Origin: a virus
Virus record (IMG/VR): IMGVR_UViG_3300020112_000115
Coordinates: 1-41,560 of that record
Length of the DNA: 41,560 bases
Reading direction: 5' to 3' (one strand)
Part shown: one piece after another, positions 18,439-27,347 of the stretch
Position numbering within the stretch: the first letter of the stretch is position 1
How the letters are laid out: each line of letters begins with the position of its first letter
Notes under the pieces: generated by a model
What the model was told of the DNA's origin: nothing
Seen by the model: the letters and a program-made list of their open reading frames with translations, nothing else
Database searches by the model: none
Translations under genes and position numbers: made by a program

Positions 18439-18603
18439 TTGCTTGACCTGTTACTTAAAGAATATGCTGAAAAGTTTCATGAAAACTTCCCTGTTTTCAA
18501 GTTCAGGGGAACGGATGAAGATGAAATTATCAGCATAGTTGAAGAATGTATCACAAATGATACCCCGTATGATGCCGATGATGACGGGAATGATAATTGG
18601 TAA
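18439..18603 (+). CDS. Small acidic protein (54 aa), candidate immunity/partner of the MuF C-terminal domain
   Basis: TTG at 18439 lies 4 nt after 'ggggtga'. Translates to MLDLLLKEYAEKFHENFPVFKFRGTDEDEIISIVEECITNDTPYDADDDGNDNW. A terminator follows immediately. Confidence 0.45.
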   Translation: MLDLLLKEYAEKFHENFPVFKFRGTDEDEIISIVEECITNDTPYDADDDGNDNW

Positions 18604-18631
18604 ATAGCGCCTTTACAGGCGCTATTTGTTT
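18602..18631 (+). terminator. Intrinsic terminator
   Basis: aaatagcgcc-tttaca-ggcgctattt followed by gttt. Confidence 0.7.
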
Positions 18632-18719
18632 GCAAGTCAAACGTTGGGGAACGTAAAACCCAATTCTGAATGATTCGGGACGTAACCCGTAAAAATCGTA
18701 ATAGAAAGGATGAATGAAT

Positions 18720-19352
18720 ATGACTTTGCAGGAACTTTTGACTTCTATCGGACTGGATGAAGCAACCGTTACCAAAGTTCTGAACGGCATGAAGGAAAAT
18801 AAGATTTTCACGGCTGGGGAAGAAAACCTTGATGTTCGATATGGTAAGCTGAAAACTGACCATGAATCTAAGATTGCCGAACTGAAAACCGCCAATGATC
18901 TGATTGCCGAACTGAAGAAAGGTAACGCTGGTAATGAACAGCTTCAGGGTAAGGTTTCGGAATACGAACAGACCATTACCACCCTTCAGACACAGCTTAA
19001 AGAAGCACAGATTGAAGCGGCGGCACAGTTGGCGCTTAGGGATGCTAAGGTTGTTGACCCTGATTATATGATGTTCAAGCTGAAGGAAAAGGGTGCGCTG
19101 GAACTGGATGATAACGGCAAAATCAAGGGTATTGATGATAAGATTGCTGGTTTGAAAACGCAGTTCCCCACACAGTTTGAATCTGGTTCGGGTGCTGGAA
19201 GTCACGTTGAAGAAAAGAAGTTGCCCCCTGATGGTAGCAACGGCGGCGGTCAGGGTATGACCAAAGCGGAATTTCTGAAGAAACCGTATGCTGAACGGGC
19301 TAAGTTCTATCAGGACAACCCCGAAGGCTACAAGCAAATTATGAACGGCTAA
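18720..19352 (+). CDS. Head scaffolding protein
   Basis: Coiled-coil, charged protein directly upstream of the capsid gene. The start is either 18714 or 18720. Confidence 0.7.
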   Translation: MTLQELLTSIGLDEATVTKVLNGMKENKIFTAGEENLDVRYGKLKTDHESKIAELKTANDLIAELKKGNAGNEQLQGKVSEYEQTITTLQTQLKEAQIEAAAQLALRDAKVVDPDYMMFKLKEKGALELDDNGKIKGIDDKIAGLKTQFPTQFESGSGAGSHVEEKKLPPDGSNGGGQGMTKAEFLKKPYAERAKFYQDNPEGYKQIMNG

Positions 19353-19370
19353 GAAAGGATGGTTTGAATT

Positions 19371-20579
19371 ATGGGCGTTACTATGATGCAGAACATGATT
19401 AACCCTGAAGTTATGGGTGACATGATTGATGCGAAGATTGAAGCACAGCTTAAAATTACCCCCTATGCTAAGGTAGATACTACCCTTCAGGGCGTTGCGG
19501 GTGATACTAAGACTGTTCCGAAGTGGGCGTATATCGGTGATGCGGTTGATGTTGCTGAAGGTGATGAAGTCGCACTTACCGAAATGCACACGGATAAGGA
19601 AACTTTCACGGTCAAAAAGGCTATGAAAGCGGTTGGCATTACGCAGGAAGCTATTAACAGCGGTCTGGGTAATCCTGTTGGTCAGGCTGAAAGTCAGCTT
19701 TCTAAGGCTGTTGCTGGTAAGGTTGACAATGATGTTCTGGAAGCGGCTTACCGTTCCAACAATATCTATAATGGTACGGCGGCTGATATTGGCTATGCTG
19801 GTATCGTTGAAGCGGTTGGAAAGTTCGTTGATGAAGAAGATGGTGTTGATAAGGTGATGTTCATTCACCCGAAGCAGGAAACCACCCTTCTGAAAGATTC
19901 TGATTTCCTTTCCGCTGATAAGTTTGAAGCTGGTGTGGCTATCAACGGCGCTATCGGTAAGATTGCTGGTTGCTGGGTCAAGAAGTCTAAGAAGGTTGCC
20001 TATTTTGAAGCTGTTAGTGCTGTTACTGGTGTGTACACTATCACTATTGGCACTAAGGCTATTGCTGGTGATCGTATCAAGGTGAACGGCGTTGAACTGA
20101 TTGCTGGCGTTGATTTCGCCCTTTCTACTGATACGCCGACTGGTAACGCTACTGGCATTGCGGCGGCGCTGAACGCTTCTACTGACCCTGCGGTTTCCTG
20201 CTACACTTGGAGCGCAAGCGGTGCGGTGGTTACTGCTACTGAAGATACTGGTAAGGAAGGTGCTGGTGTTCCCGTTGTGGAAGTCACTAAGTACGGTTCT
20301 TCTGGTTCTCTGGTGGTTACTGTTGCAACCACTACTAAGGGTGTTGCGGCGGTTGTGGCACATTATGCCAACGTTATTATCAAGACCGAACCTGATTCCG
20401 ATGAAACTGAATTCACGGAAGATGAACTTCCTGCCCTTACTATCTTCCTGAAGAAAGATATTCAGGTTGACCATGATTGGAAGCCCCGTACACAGACCCA
20501 TGAAATTACGGTGTCTAAGTATTACGGTGTTGCGCTCACCAATGCGGAAAAGGTCGTTATTGCGAACTTTGCCCCGTGA
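19371..20579 (+). CDS. Major capsid protein
   Basis: Position, size (402 aa) and Ala/Gly/Val/Thr-rich composition fit. RBS 'aaaggatgg'. Confidence 0.8.
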   Translation: MGVTMMQNMINPEVMGDMIDAKIEAQLKITPYAKVDTTLQGVAGDTKTVPKWAYIGDAVDVAEGDEVALTEMHTDKETFTVKKAMKAVGITQEAINSGLGNPVGQAESQLSKAVAGKVDNDVLEAAYRSNNIYNGTAADIGYAGIVEAVGKFVDEEDGVDKVMFIHPKQETTLLKDSDFLSADKFEAGVAINGAIGKIAGCWVKKSKKVAYFEAVSAVTGVYTITIGTKAIAGDRIKVNGVELIAGVDFALSTDTPTGNATGIAAALNASTDPAVSCYTWSASGAVVTATEDTGKEGAGVPVVEVTKYGSSGSLVVTVATTTKGVAAVVAHYANVIIKTEPDSDETEFTEDELPALTIFLKKDIQVDHDWKPRTQTHEITVSKYYGVALTNAEKVVIANFAP

Positions 20580-20596
20580 TCTGGGGGTGATTCCCC

Positions 20597-21124
20597 ATGA
20601 TTATGACCCTTGCCGAATATAAGGCACTATATCCCAAAGATACAACCGCTGATTCGGTGCTTACCATGAAATTGAAAGCACTTGAATCAGCGGTTCGGGC
20701 TTTCACCAATAATAACTTTCAGAACCGTGGAAAACGGGTTGAATGTGCTGTTGCTGGGGGTAAATTGGGGATTGTTTCACCTTTCTTTTCTATCGGTGAT
20801 ACGGTCATGATTTCCAAATCACAGTATAACAACGGTGTCTATGAAATAACGGGTATTGAAACATATACTATGACCCTGAATGAAACGCTGTTTGATGAAC
20901 CCTATGCGCTGGTTACTAAGGTCGAATATCCTTATGATGTTCGTATCGGTGTAGCTGGCTTAATGTTCTGGGATTATGAAAAGCGTGATAAGGTCGGTAT
21001 TGCTTCAGAAACCATTTCAAGGCATACGGTCAGTTATGTGGATGTGGCTAACGGTAATGCAATTATGGGTTATCCGTCTGGTTTGATTAGTTTCTTGACC
21101 CCGTATATGAAAGCGAGGTTTTGA
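20597..21124 (+). CDS. Head-tail connector (gp6-like DNA-packaging/connector protein)
   Basis: Typical N-terminus 'LAEYKALYPKDTTADSVLTMKLKALESAVRAFTNNNF'. Synteny supports the call. Confidence 0.65.
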   Translation: MIMTLAEYKALYPKDTTADSVLTMKLKALESAVRAFTNNNFQNRGKRVECAVAGGKLGIVSPFFSIGDTVMISKSQYNNGVYEITGIETYTMTLNETLFDEPYALVTKVEYPYDVRIGVAGLMFWDYEKRDKVGIASETISRHTVSYVDVANGNAIMGYPSGLISFLTPYMKARF

Positions 21125-21126
21125 AA

Positions 21127-21459
21127 ATGATCGGTGGAAACGTAACCGCTACAATTCAAATTCAGACCGTTACCAAAAATGAAATTGCTGAAGCCGTTCC
21201 CACATGGCAAACAGTACAAACCCTTTGGGGTTGGCTTGATCTTATGAGTGGTAACGCAAAGATTGAAGCGTATTCCGCAAAGATTCAAGAATCAACCCAC
21301 ATTTTCATAGGTGATTACGTTGCTTTAGACAACCGAATTACATCTGAAAATTCAAGGATGCTGGTTAATGGTAAGGTGTATCAAATTACCCTGTTAGATA
21401 ACCCAATGGAGTTAAACCGCCAATGGGAAATCTACTTGAAATATACGGGCGGTGTTTGA
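21127..21459 (+). CDS. Head closure / head-tail joining protein
   Basis: Size and 'W..V...W......SG.E' pattern fit. Synteny supports the call. Confidence 0.6.
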   Translation: MIGGNVTATIQIQTVTKNEIAEAVPTWQTVQTLWGWLDLMSGNAKIEAYSAKIQESTHIFIGDYVALDNRITSENSRMLVNGKVYQITLLDNPMELNRQWEIYLKYTGGV

Positions 21460-21460
21460 T

Positions 21461-21931
21461 ATGGCTTTTGAAGATAATTCGGCTGTTGTAAAAGATGCGC
21501 TTCACAGGGCTGGTATATCTTGGCTGTATGAAGCTGGGGGTGAACTGGAAGCGCAAACCAAACGTAATAGCAGGGTTGACAAAGGCAAAACACGAAATTC
21601 CTTTTCTTATCATGTGGATGAATCGCAGGGTGAATGTACTGTTGGTTCACCCGATGAAAACGCTATATGGGAAGAATTCGGAACTGGTGTTCATGCCGAA
21701 CAGGGCAATGGTAGAAAAACCCCGTGGTTTGTTCGGGTTGATACCTACACAGGAACAAAGAAACCTACTTATCAGGGTAAGGTTGTGATCGTACACGGTA
21801 AGAATGGTGTTGATTACTACAAAACCGATGGTAAGAAAGGAACACGGGCGCTTTTTTCAGCGTTTGAACAGAAAAAGAACGCCTTGAAACGGTCATTTGA
21901 AAACAAAATAAAGGGGGTGGGTGGTTCGTGA
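21461..21931 (+). CDS. HK97 gp10-like tail component
   Basis: 'AVVKDALHRAG...EAQTKRNSRVDKGKTRNS' is gp10-like. Synteny supports the call. Confidence 0.6.
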   Translation: MAFEDNSAVVKDALHRAGISWLYEAGGELEAQTKRNSRVDKGKTRNSFSYHVDESQGECTVGSPDENAIWEEFGTGVHAEQGNGRKTPWFVRVDTYTGTKKPTYQGKVVIVHGKNGVDYYKTDGKKGTRALFSAFEQKKNALKRSFENKIKGVGGS

Positions 21932-22299
21932 TTGCTGAATCATTGGCTTTCGTTGGAAACGTGCTTAGTGCGGCTGGTATCAATTATCAGTTTGCCGAAT
22001 TTGGCGGTACAATCACTTACCCCTATTTTGTTGGGGAATATACCGAAAGTGAACCGCTAACAGAAGATGGACTGGAAGAATCTACATTTCTTCTTACAGG
22101 ATATTCCCGTGGTTCATGGCTTGCGCTTGAAACTGCCAAAGAAACAATCAAAGCCCTGTTTATCAATGGAAAAACCGCTATTCTTCCTTCTGGAAGGGGA
22201 ATAGCGGTTTTTTGGTCGGATTCAATACCGATTCCAACGCAGGATGAAGAAATCAAGCGTATGGAAATCAGGTTGACTATCAAAGAATGGAGGATATAA
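21928..22299 (+). CDS. Tail terminator / completion-like protein
   Basis: GTG start overlaps the upstream stop. Called from its position just before the major tail gene. Confidence 0.5.
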   Translation: MIAESLAFVGNVLSAAGINYQFAEFGGTITYPYFVGEYTESEPLTEDGLEESTFLLTGYSRGSWLALETAKETIKALFINGKTAILPSGRGIAVFWSDSIPIPTQDEEIKRMEIRLTIKEWRI

Positions 22300-22302
22300 A
22301 GT

Positions 22303-23031
22303 ATGGCTTGGGAAGAACTTAAAAGTTCTGGTATTACCGAAAAGACCCCTGAAAATATCATGCTGGGCGCTGGTACTATCCATAAGAACTTGACGTTTGG
22401 TTACTATGAGTTGACTAAAAAGCCGTCTGATTGGGGTACTAATTACGCAAATTATTACACCCGTTCGGGTACTGCTGGTTCTTATATCTACACCCATGTT
22501 ACGGGTTCTACTGCCCCTGAATTTTCGGCTGGTACTTATTACTATCAGGGTTGGAACTTTGAAGAATCTCTTATTGGTGCTACTTCTGGCGGTACTAAGG
22601 TTTCCATTGTTCCCGAAATTAAGAATATCGAAGTTGACGGTGCGCTTGTAAAGGTCAAGGGTCTGGCTATCAAGGTTGGGGAAGTGGCGAACATTGAAAC
22701 CAACATTGTTGAAATGACCCGTGAACTTATGCAGATGTGCATTGTTGGCGCTGAAGGTACTTCTGAATATGACGGTTACGATGTGATTGAATCGAAGCGT
22801 GTCATTGAAGAAGGTGACTATATTACCAACTTTGGTTATATTGGTCACAAGATTACGGGTGAACCCATTATTATTATCTTTGATTATGCTATCTGCACTT
22901 CTGGTATGAGTGTGGAAGGTAAGAACAAAGAAAATGGTGTGTTCCCTGCAACGTTTGAATGTTACGCTGAACTTTCGCCTGAAGCGGATATTCTGCCTTA
23001 TCACATTTATACCCCCACCCCTACCACTTAA
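22303..23031 (+). CDS. Major tail protein
   Basis: Lies immediately upstream of the G/T chaperone pair. 242 aa. Confidence 0.65.
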   Translation: MAWEELKSSGITEKTPENIMLGAGTIHKNLTFGYYELTKKPSDWGTNYANYYTRSGTAGSYIYTHVTGSTAPEFSAGTYYYQGWNFEESLIGATSGGTKVSIVPEIKNIEVDGALVKVKGLAIKVGEVANIETNIVEMTRELMQMCIVGAEGTSEYDGYDVIESKRVIEEGDYITNFGYIGHKITGEPIIIIFDYAICTSGMSVEGKNKENGVFPATFECYAELSPEADILPYHIYTPTPTT

Positions 23032-23067
23032 TGGGGAAACAATAACGGATAAGAAAGGTTGATCTGT

Positions 23068-23445
23068 ATGGGTTTTGAACTTAGGAAGTTGTGCTTTGAT
23101 GATATGTTTTCCGTGACTACCATTCTGAATAAGATTGGTATTCAGGAATTCAAGGATTGTTTTAGCGGCGTTGATGTAGCGGCGCTGATTCGTAAAAACG
23201 GTAAGGACGTTGAAAAGATTGGTGCAAGCGTTTTCTTCAACGTGACGGGTGTACTTCTGAAAAATGTGAACGCCTGTAAGAAGGAACTGTATGCTTTCAT
23301 GGGTTCTATGGCAAACATGAAACCTGAAGAAGTGGCTAATCTTTCCCCCGTGGATGCTTACGAACTGATTCTTGGAATTATCAAGTGTGATGAATTCAAG
23401 GATTTTTTCAAGGTTGTCTTGAAATCTCTGGATTTGGGTCAGTAA
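23068..23445 (+). CDS. Tail assembly chaperone (gpG-like)
   Basis: Position before the tape measure gene. Slippery site near its 3' end. Confidence 0.75.
   Translation: MGFELRKLCFDDMFSVTTILNKIGIQEFKDCFSGVDVAALIRKNGKDVEKIGASVFFNVTGVLLKNVNACKKELYAFMGSMANMKPEEVANLSPVDAYELILGIIKCDEFKDFFKVVLKSLDLGQ
23403..23409 (+). other. -1 programmed frameshift slippery heptamer T_TTT_TTC
   Basis: In the gpG frame the codons read gaT TTT TTC. The -1 frame is open from 23394 to 23765. Confidence 0.75.
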
Positions 23446-23489
23446 AATTTGCTGATCTGATCTATAAAAGATACGCCAACCCTGAAGCG

Positions 23490-23765
23490 TTGATAAACAT
23501 GATGTTGAAACAGGGGCGCTTTCTGGAATGGATAAGGGAACTGTTTGATGATCTGGTTGAAACCAAAGCGTGGGATGTTTGGATTCACAAGATTTATGAA
23601 AAGACCTTTGACGAATTCCGTAAATCGTTGGAAGTTGCCCCTGAAACAACACAGAAGATTGACGTGGATGTAATCAAGGCAACTATTGAAAGTTCAAAAT
23701 CCATACTTTCAGACTTTTCCCCACCCGAATACACAGGAAAGGGGGTAAAAGATGGAACTATTTAA
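23490..23765 (+). CDS. gpT-like extension, expressed as G-T fusion via -1 frameshift
   Basis: The frame is open upstream to 23394 and overlaps the gpG 3' end. No convincing independent RBS. Confidence 0.7.
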   Translation: MINMMLKQGRFLEWIRELFDDLVETKAWDVWIHKIYEKTFDEFRKSLEVAPETTQKIDVDVIKATIESSKSILSDFSPPEYTGKGVKDGTI

Positions 23766-26691
23766 GCTGTTCGGTACGATTGCAGTAAACAATTCTGAAG
23801 CAAACCAACAGATTGACGAAACCACCAATAAGGCTTCAAGTGCTGGGGACAAAATCGGTTCAGCATTTAAGAAGATTGGTACTGTTACGGCGGCGGCTGT
23901 AACAGCGGCGGCAACCGCTTGTGTTGCTTTGGTGAAATCGGCTGTTGAAAGCTATGCAGAATATGAACAGTTGGTTGGCGGTGTGGAAACCCTGTTCGGT
24001 ACTGGTGGACAATCCATTGAAGAATATGCGGCTTCAGTTGGAAAGACCGTTGAACAGGTGCGTGGTGAATATGATGCACTAACGCAAGCCCAAACCACAG
24101 TATTTCAGAACGCTGATAACGCTTATAAATCGGCTGGGTTATCGGCTAATGAGTACATGAACACGGTAACAAGTTTTTCAGCGGCGTTGATTAGTTCCCT
24201 TGACGGTGATAGTGTCAAGGCGGCACAGGTCGCAGATATGGCGGTTACTGATATGGCTGATAATGCTAACAAAATGGGTACTTCAATGGATTCCATTCAG
24301 GCGGCTTATCAGGGTTTTGCAAAGCAGAATTACACCATGCTTGATAACCTTAAATTGGGTTACGGCGGCACTAAAACCGAAATGGAACGCCTGTTGGCAG
24401 ATGCCAAAAAAATCACAGGTATCAAGTATGACATAAACAACCTTTCGGATGTTTATGAAGCTATCCATGTTATTCAAGGTGAATTGGGTATCACGGGAAC
24501 AACCGCCAAAGAAGCGGCTTCAACTATTTCGGGTAGTGCTGGAATGATGAAAGCGGCTTGGAAAAACATGATGGTTGGTATTGCCGATGATAACGCCAAC
24601 TTTGACCAACTTCTGAATAATCTGGTTGAAAGCGTTGCAACATTCGCCCAAAACATTATTCCCCGTGTTGAAACCGCTTTGAAAGGTGTAGCCCAACTGG
24701 TAGAAAAGTTAGCCCCGATGATCGTTGAAAAATTACCGTCATTGGTCAACGCTATTCTTCCTTCTTTGTTGTCGGCTGTTTCTTCTATCCTTCAGGCGGT
24801 AGTTCAGGCACTTACGCAGTTGATTCCTGCTGTAAATCAGATTGTGCTTTCGGTGGCACAAATGGTTATTCAGAATCTTCCTGCATTGGTTCAGGCTGGG
24901 GTTCAGTTGGTAGCTTCATTGGTTCAAGGTATTGGTCAAGCATTACCGCAACTTGTTCCTATGGCTGTACAGGCTGTTTTGACGGTTGTACAGGGCTTGA
25001 TTAGTCAGTTACCGTCATTACTTCAGGCTGGTTTAACGCTGATTCAGGGGCTTGCACAGGGCATTTTACAGGCTATTCCGTCATTGATTCAGGCTTTACC
25101 GTCTATCGTTACGGGTATCGTGCAGTTCCTTGTTAGTGGTATTCCCCAAATCGTTCAGGTAGCTTTCCAGTTAGTAGCGGCTATAATTGCGGCTATACCC
25201 CAAATTGTAGTTGAACTGGTTAGAGCATTACCCCAAATCATTCAGGGTATCGGTCAAGGCATTATGCAGTTAATTCCGAACCTTGCAAGTGTAGCGGTGG
25301 AAGGTGCAAGGGCGGTTTGGCAAGCTGTTATTTCGACTTTGGGTGCTTTGGTCGGTAGTATTGGAACTATCATTTCAAGTATCGGTCAGGCTATTAGTGC
25401 TGGATGGAACAATATCAAAGGTTTCACTTCAGCGGCATGGCAGGGAATTTGTACCGTTATCACAGGTGCGTTACAGAACCTTGGAAGTGCTATTTCAAGC
25501 ATTTGGAACGGCATTTCAGGGGCTTTGTCAAGCGTGTGGAATGGTATCAAGGGGCTTGCTTCAAGCGTGTGGAACGGCATTACAAGCACTATCAGTAATG
25601 CGGTAAATGCAACCAAAACAGCCGTTACCAATGTTTGGAATAGCATTAAAACAACGGCTTCCAATATTTGGAATGGTATCACAACGGCTATTTCCAACGC
25701 TGTTAATAGCGCAAAGAATACCGTTACAAACGTATGGAACAGTATCAAATCAACTATTACCAACGTGTGGAACAGCATTAAAACAACCGCTTCTAATGTG
25801 TGGAACGGTATCACAACCGCTATCAGTAATGCAGTAAACAGCGTGAAGAATACTGTTACCAATGTGTGGAATGGTATTAAGTCAACCGTTACTAACATCT
25901 GGAATGGTATCAAGTCAACCGCTTCCAACGTCTGGAATGGTATTACATCTTCCATTTCAACGGCGGTGAACAACGTGAAAAATACTGTTACCAATGTTTG
26001 GAATAACATCAAGAATAGTTTGGTGAACGTCTGGAACGGGCTGAAAACTTCAGCTTCCAACATTTGGAACAGTATTAAAGATGCAATTATCAAGCCGATT
26101 GCAGAACTTCCTTCCAAACTTATCAACATTGGTAAGAACATGGTTACAGGGCTTTGGGAAGGTATTTCTGGGGCGGCTGGCTGGCTTTGGGATAAAGTAA
26201 GCGGCTTTTGTAGTGGCATAGTCAGTAAGGTAAAGGGTTTCTTTGGTATTCATTCCCCGTCAAAGGTCTTTGCTGGTATCGGTAAATTCCTTGATGAAGG
26301 TTTGGGTGCTGGTATCTCTGAAAATGCCGATGAAGCTATTGAACCGCTTGCTGATCTTGCAAACAGGATTAAAGAAACCGACTTTGGGACTATTGCCCCG
26401 ACTGTTGACGCAAGGGTTAATAGTATCAATGATTGGAAACCTTCTGTTGGCGGTACAATGGAAGCGGTTGAATCAATCAGGTTGAATCTTGAAAAGGCTT
26501 TCAAGGATGAAAAAGATGATCTGAAGGAAAGGCTTGATAGATTGATTGATTTCCTTACTATGTATTTGCCGATAATCGCAACCAATAGAAAAGTTGTGCT
26601 TGATTCGGGTGTGCTGGTTGGTGAACTTGCCCCTGAAATGAACGCAGAACTGAACAGAATTATGGAATGGAAAGGGGGTAACAGGGCGTGA
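23752..26691 (+). CDS. Tape measure protein
   Basis: 979 aa with helical, Ala/Val/Gln-rich repeats. Lies downstream of G/T. Confidence 0.9.
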   Translation: MELFKLFGTIAVNNSEANQQIDETTNKASSAGDKIGSAFKKIGTVTAAAVTAAATACVALVKSAVESYAEYEQLVGGVETLFGTGGQSIEEYAASVGKTVEQVRGEYDALTQAQTTVFQNADNAYKSAGLSANEYMNTVTSFSAALISSLDGDSVKAAQVADMAVTDMADNANKMGTSMDSIQAAYQGFAKQNYTMLDNLKLGYGGTKTEMERLLADAKKITGIKYDINNLSDVYEAIHVIQGELGITGTTAKEAASTISGSAGMMKAAWKNMMVGIADDNANFDQLLNNLVESVATFAQNIIPRVETALKGVAQLVEKLAPMIVEKLPSLVNAILPSLLSAVSSILQAVVQALTQLIPAVNQIVLSVAQMVIQNLPALVQAGVQLVASLVQGIGQALPQLVPMAVQAVLTVVQGLISQLPSLLQAGLTLIQGLAQGILQAIPSLIQALPSIVTGIVQFLVSGIPQIVQVAFQLVAAIIAAIPQIVVELVRALPQIIQGIGQGIMQLIPNLASVAVEGARAVWQAVISTLGALVGSIGTIISSIGQAISAGWNNIKGFTSAAWQGICTVITGALQNLGSAISSIWNGISGALSSVWNGIKGLASSVWNGITSTISNAVNATKTAVTNVWNSIKTTASNIWNGITTAISNAVNSAKNTVTNVWNSIKSTITNVWNSIKTTASNVWNGITTAISNAVNSVKNTVTNVWNGIKSTVTNIWNGIKSTASNVWNGITSSISTAVNNVKNTVTNVWNNIKNSLVNVWNGLKTSASNIWNSIKDAIIKPIAELPSKLINIGKNMVTGLWEGISGAAGWLWDKVSGFCSGIVSKVKGFFGIHSPSKVFAGIGKFLDEGLGAGISENADEAIEPLADLANRIKETDFGTIAPTVDARVNSINDWKPSVGGTMEAVESIRLNLEKAFKDEKDDLKERLDRLIDFLTMYLPIIATNRKVVLDSGVLVGELAPEMNAELNRIMEWKGGNRA
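25430..26110 (+). repeat. Tandem 33-nt (11-aa) 'VWNGIKSTASN'-type repeats inside the tape measure gene
   Basis: About 20 successive xVWN(G/S)I(K/T)xxxSN units are visible in the translation. Confidence 0.85.
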
Positions 26692-27347
26692 TTTTTGCTG
26701 AATTTGAAAACATGAACGGTGTAAGAATGAACCCGTATTATGATTTTGAATTGGTTCTTTCTTCACATTCTGTTTCACCCCCTAAGCCCAAACTGTACAG
26801 GGTAAACGTTGATGGTGCAGATGGTTCTTTGGATTTGTCTGAATGGGCTGGGGAAATCAAATATGAAAACCGTGAAGTTGAAATGGTTTTCACTTGTGCG
26901 GCGCTGAAGGAAAGTCATAGAACTATTCTTGATTCTTTTAAGGCGTTTATCTTAGGTCGGGTTCAGAAGGTGACTTTCACGGATGAACCCGATTTTTATT
27001 ATTACGGGCGTGTGGATGAAGTCAAAATTGAAACGTCAAAGGGTATCAGTAAGGTAACAGTAACTATGACTTGCCAACCTTACAAAATATCCCATAGGGA
27101 AACCGTGTTGACGTTCAATGTTACTGGTAATATGGAAATCGTGTTGAAAGCAATGCGGAAAACCGTTATTCCTACCATTACCACAACAGGAACTTCTTCT
27201 GTTACATTGACCTATAAGAATAACAGCTATACGGTTTCGGCTGGAACACGTCAGATTGCTGGGATAGTGGTTACTGATTCGCCTGAAATCCTTACGGTTA
27301 CAGGTAATACAACCATTACCCTGAAGTGGTTGGAAGGGGTGCTGTAA
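26688..27347 (+). CDS. Distal tail protein (Dit)
   Basis: Directly after the tape measure gene. Siphovirus tail-family N-terminus. Confidence 0.7.
   Translation: MIFAEFENMNGVRMNPYYDFELVLSSHSVSPPKPKLYRVNVDGADGSLDLSEWAGEIKYENREVEMVFTCAALKESHRTILDSFKAFILGRVQKVTFTDEPDFYYYGRVDEVKIETSKGISKVTVTMTCQPYKISHRETVLTFNVTGNMEIVLKAMRKTVIPTITTTGTSSVTLTYKNNSYTVSAGTRQIAGIVVTDSPEILTVTGNTTITLKWLEGVL

Noticed and set aside
18477-20501. 674-aa ORF on the minus strand
   Set aside because: It is antisense to the scaffold and major capsid genes. The translation is low-complexity (Ser/Asn/Arg/Phe-rich), it has no RBS, and it is typical of a shadow ORF opposite a codon-biased gene.
22222-23652. 476-aa ORF on the minus strand
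   Set aside because: It is antisense to the major tail and chaperone genes, has no recognisable motifs or start context, and breaks the uniform plus-strand late operon.
25430-26110. Tape-measure tandem repeats considered as a second DGR-like variable region
   Set aside because: Differences between units are not adenine-specific and there is no separate template copy. This is the ordinary 11-residue Trp-periodic repeat of tape measure proteins.
25386-26219. 277-aa minus-strand ORF and several plus-strand alternative-frame ORFs inside the tape measure gene
   Set aside because: They are generated by the 33-nt tandem repeats, which keep several frames open. The tape measure frame is the only one continuous with the flanking sequence.
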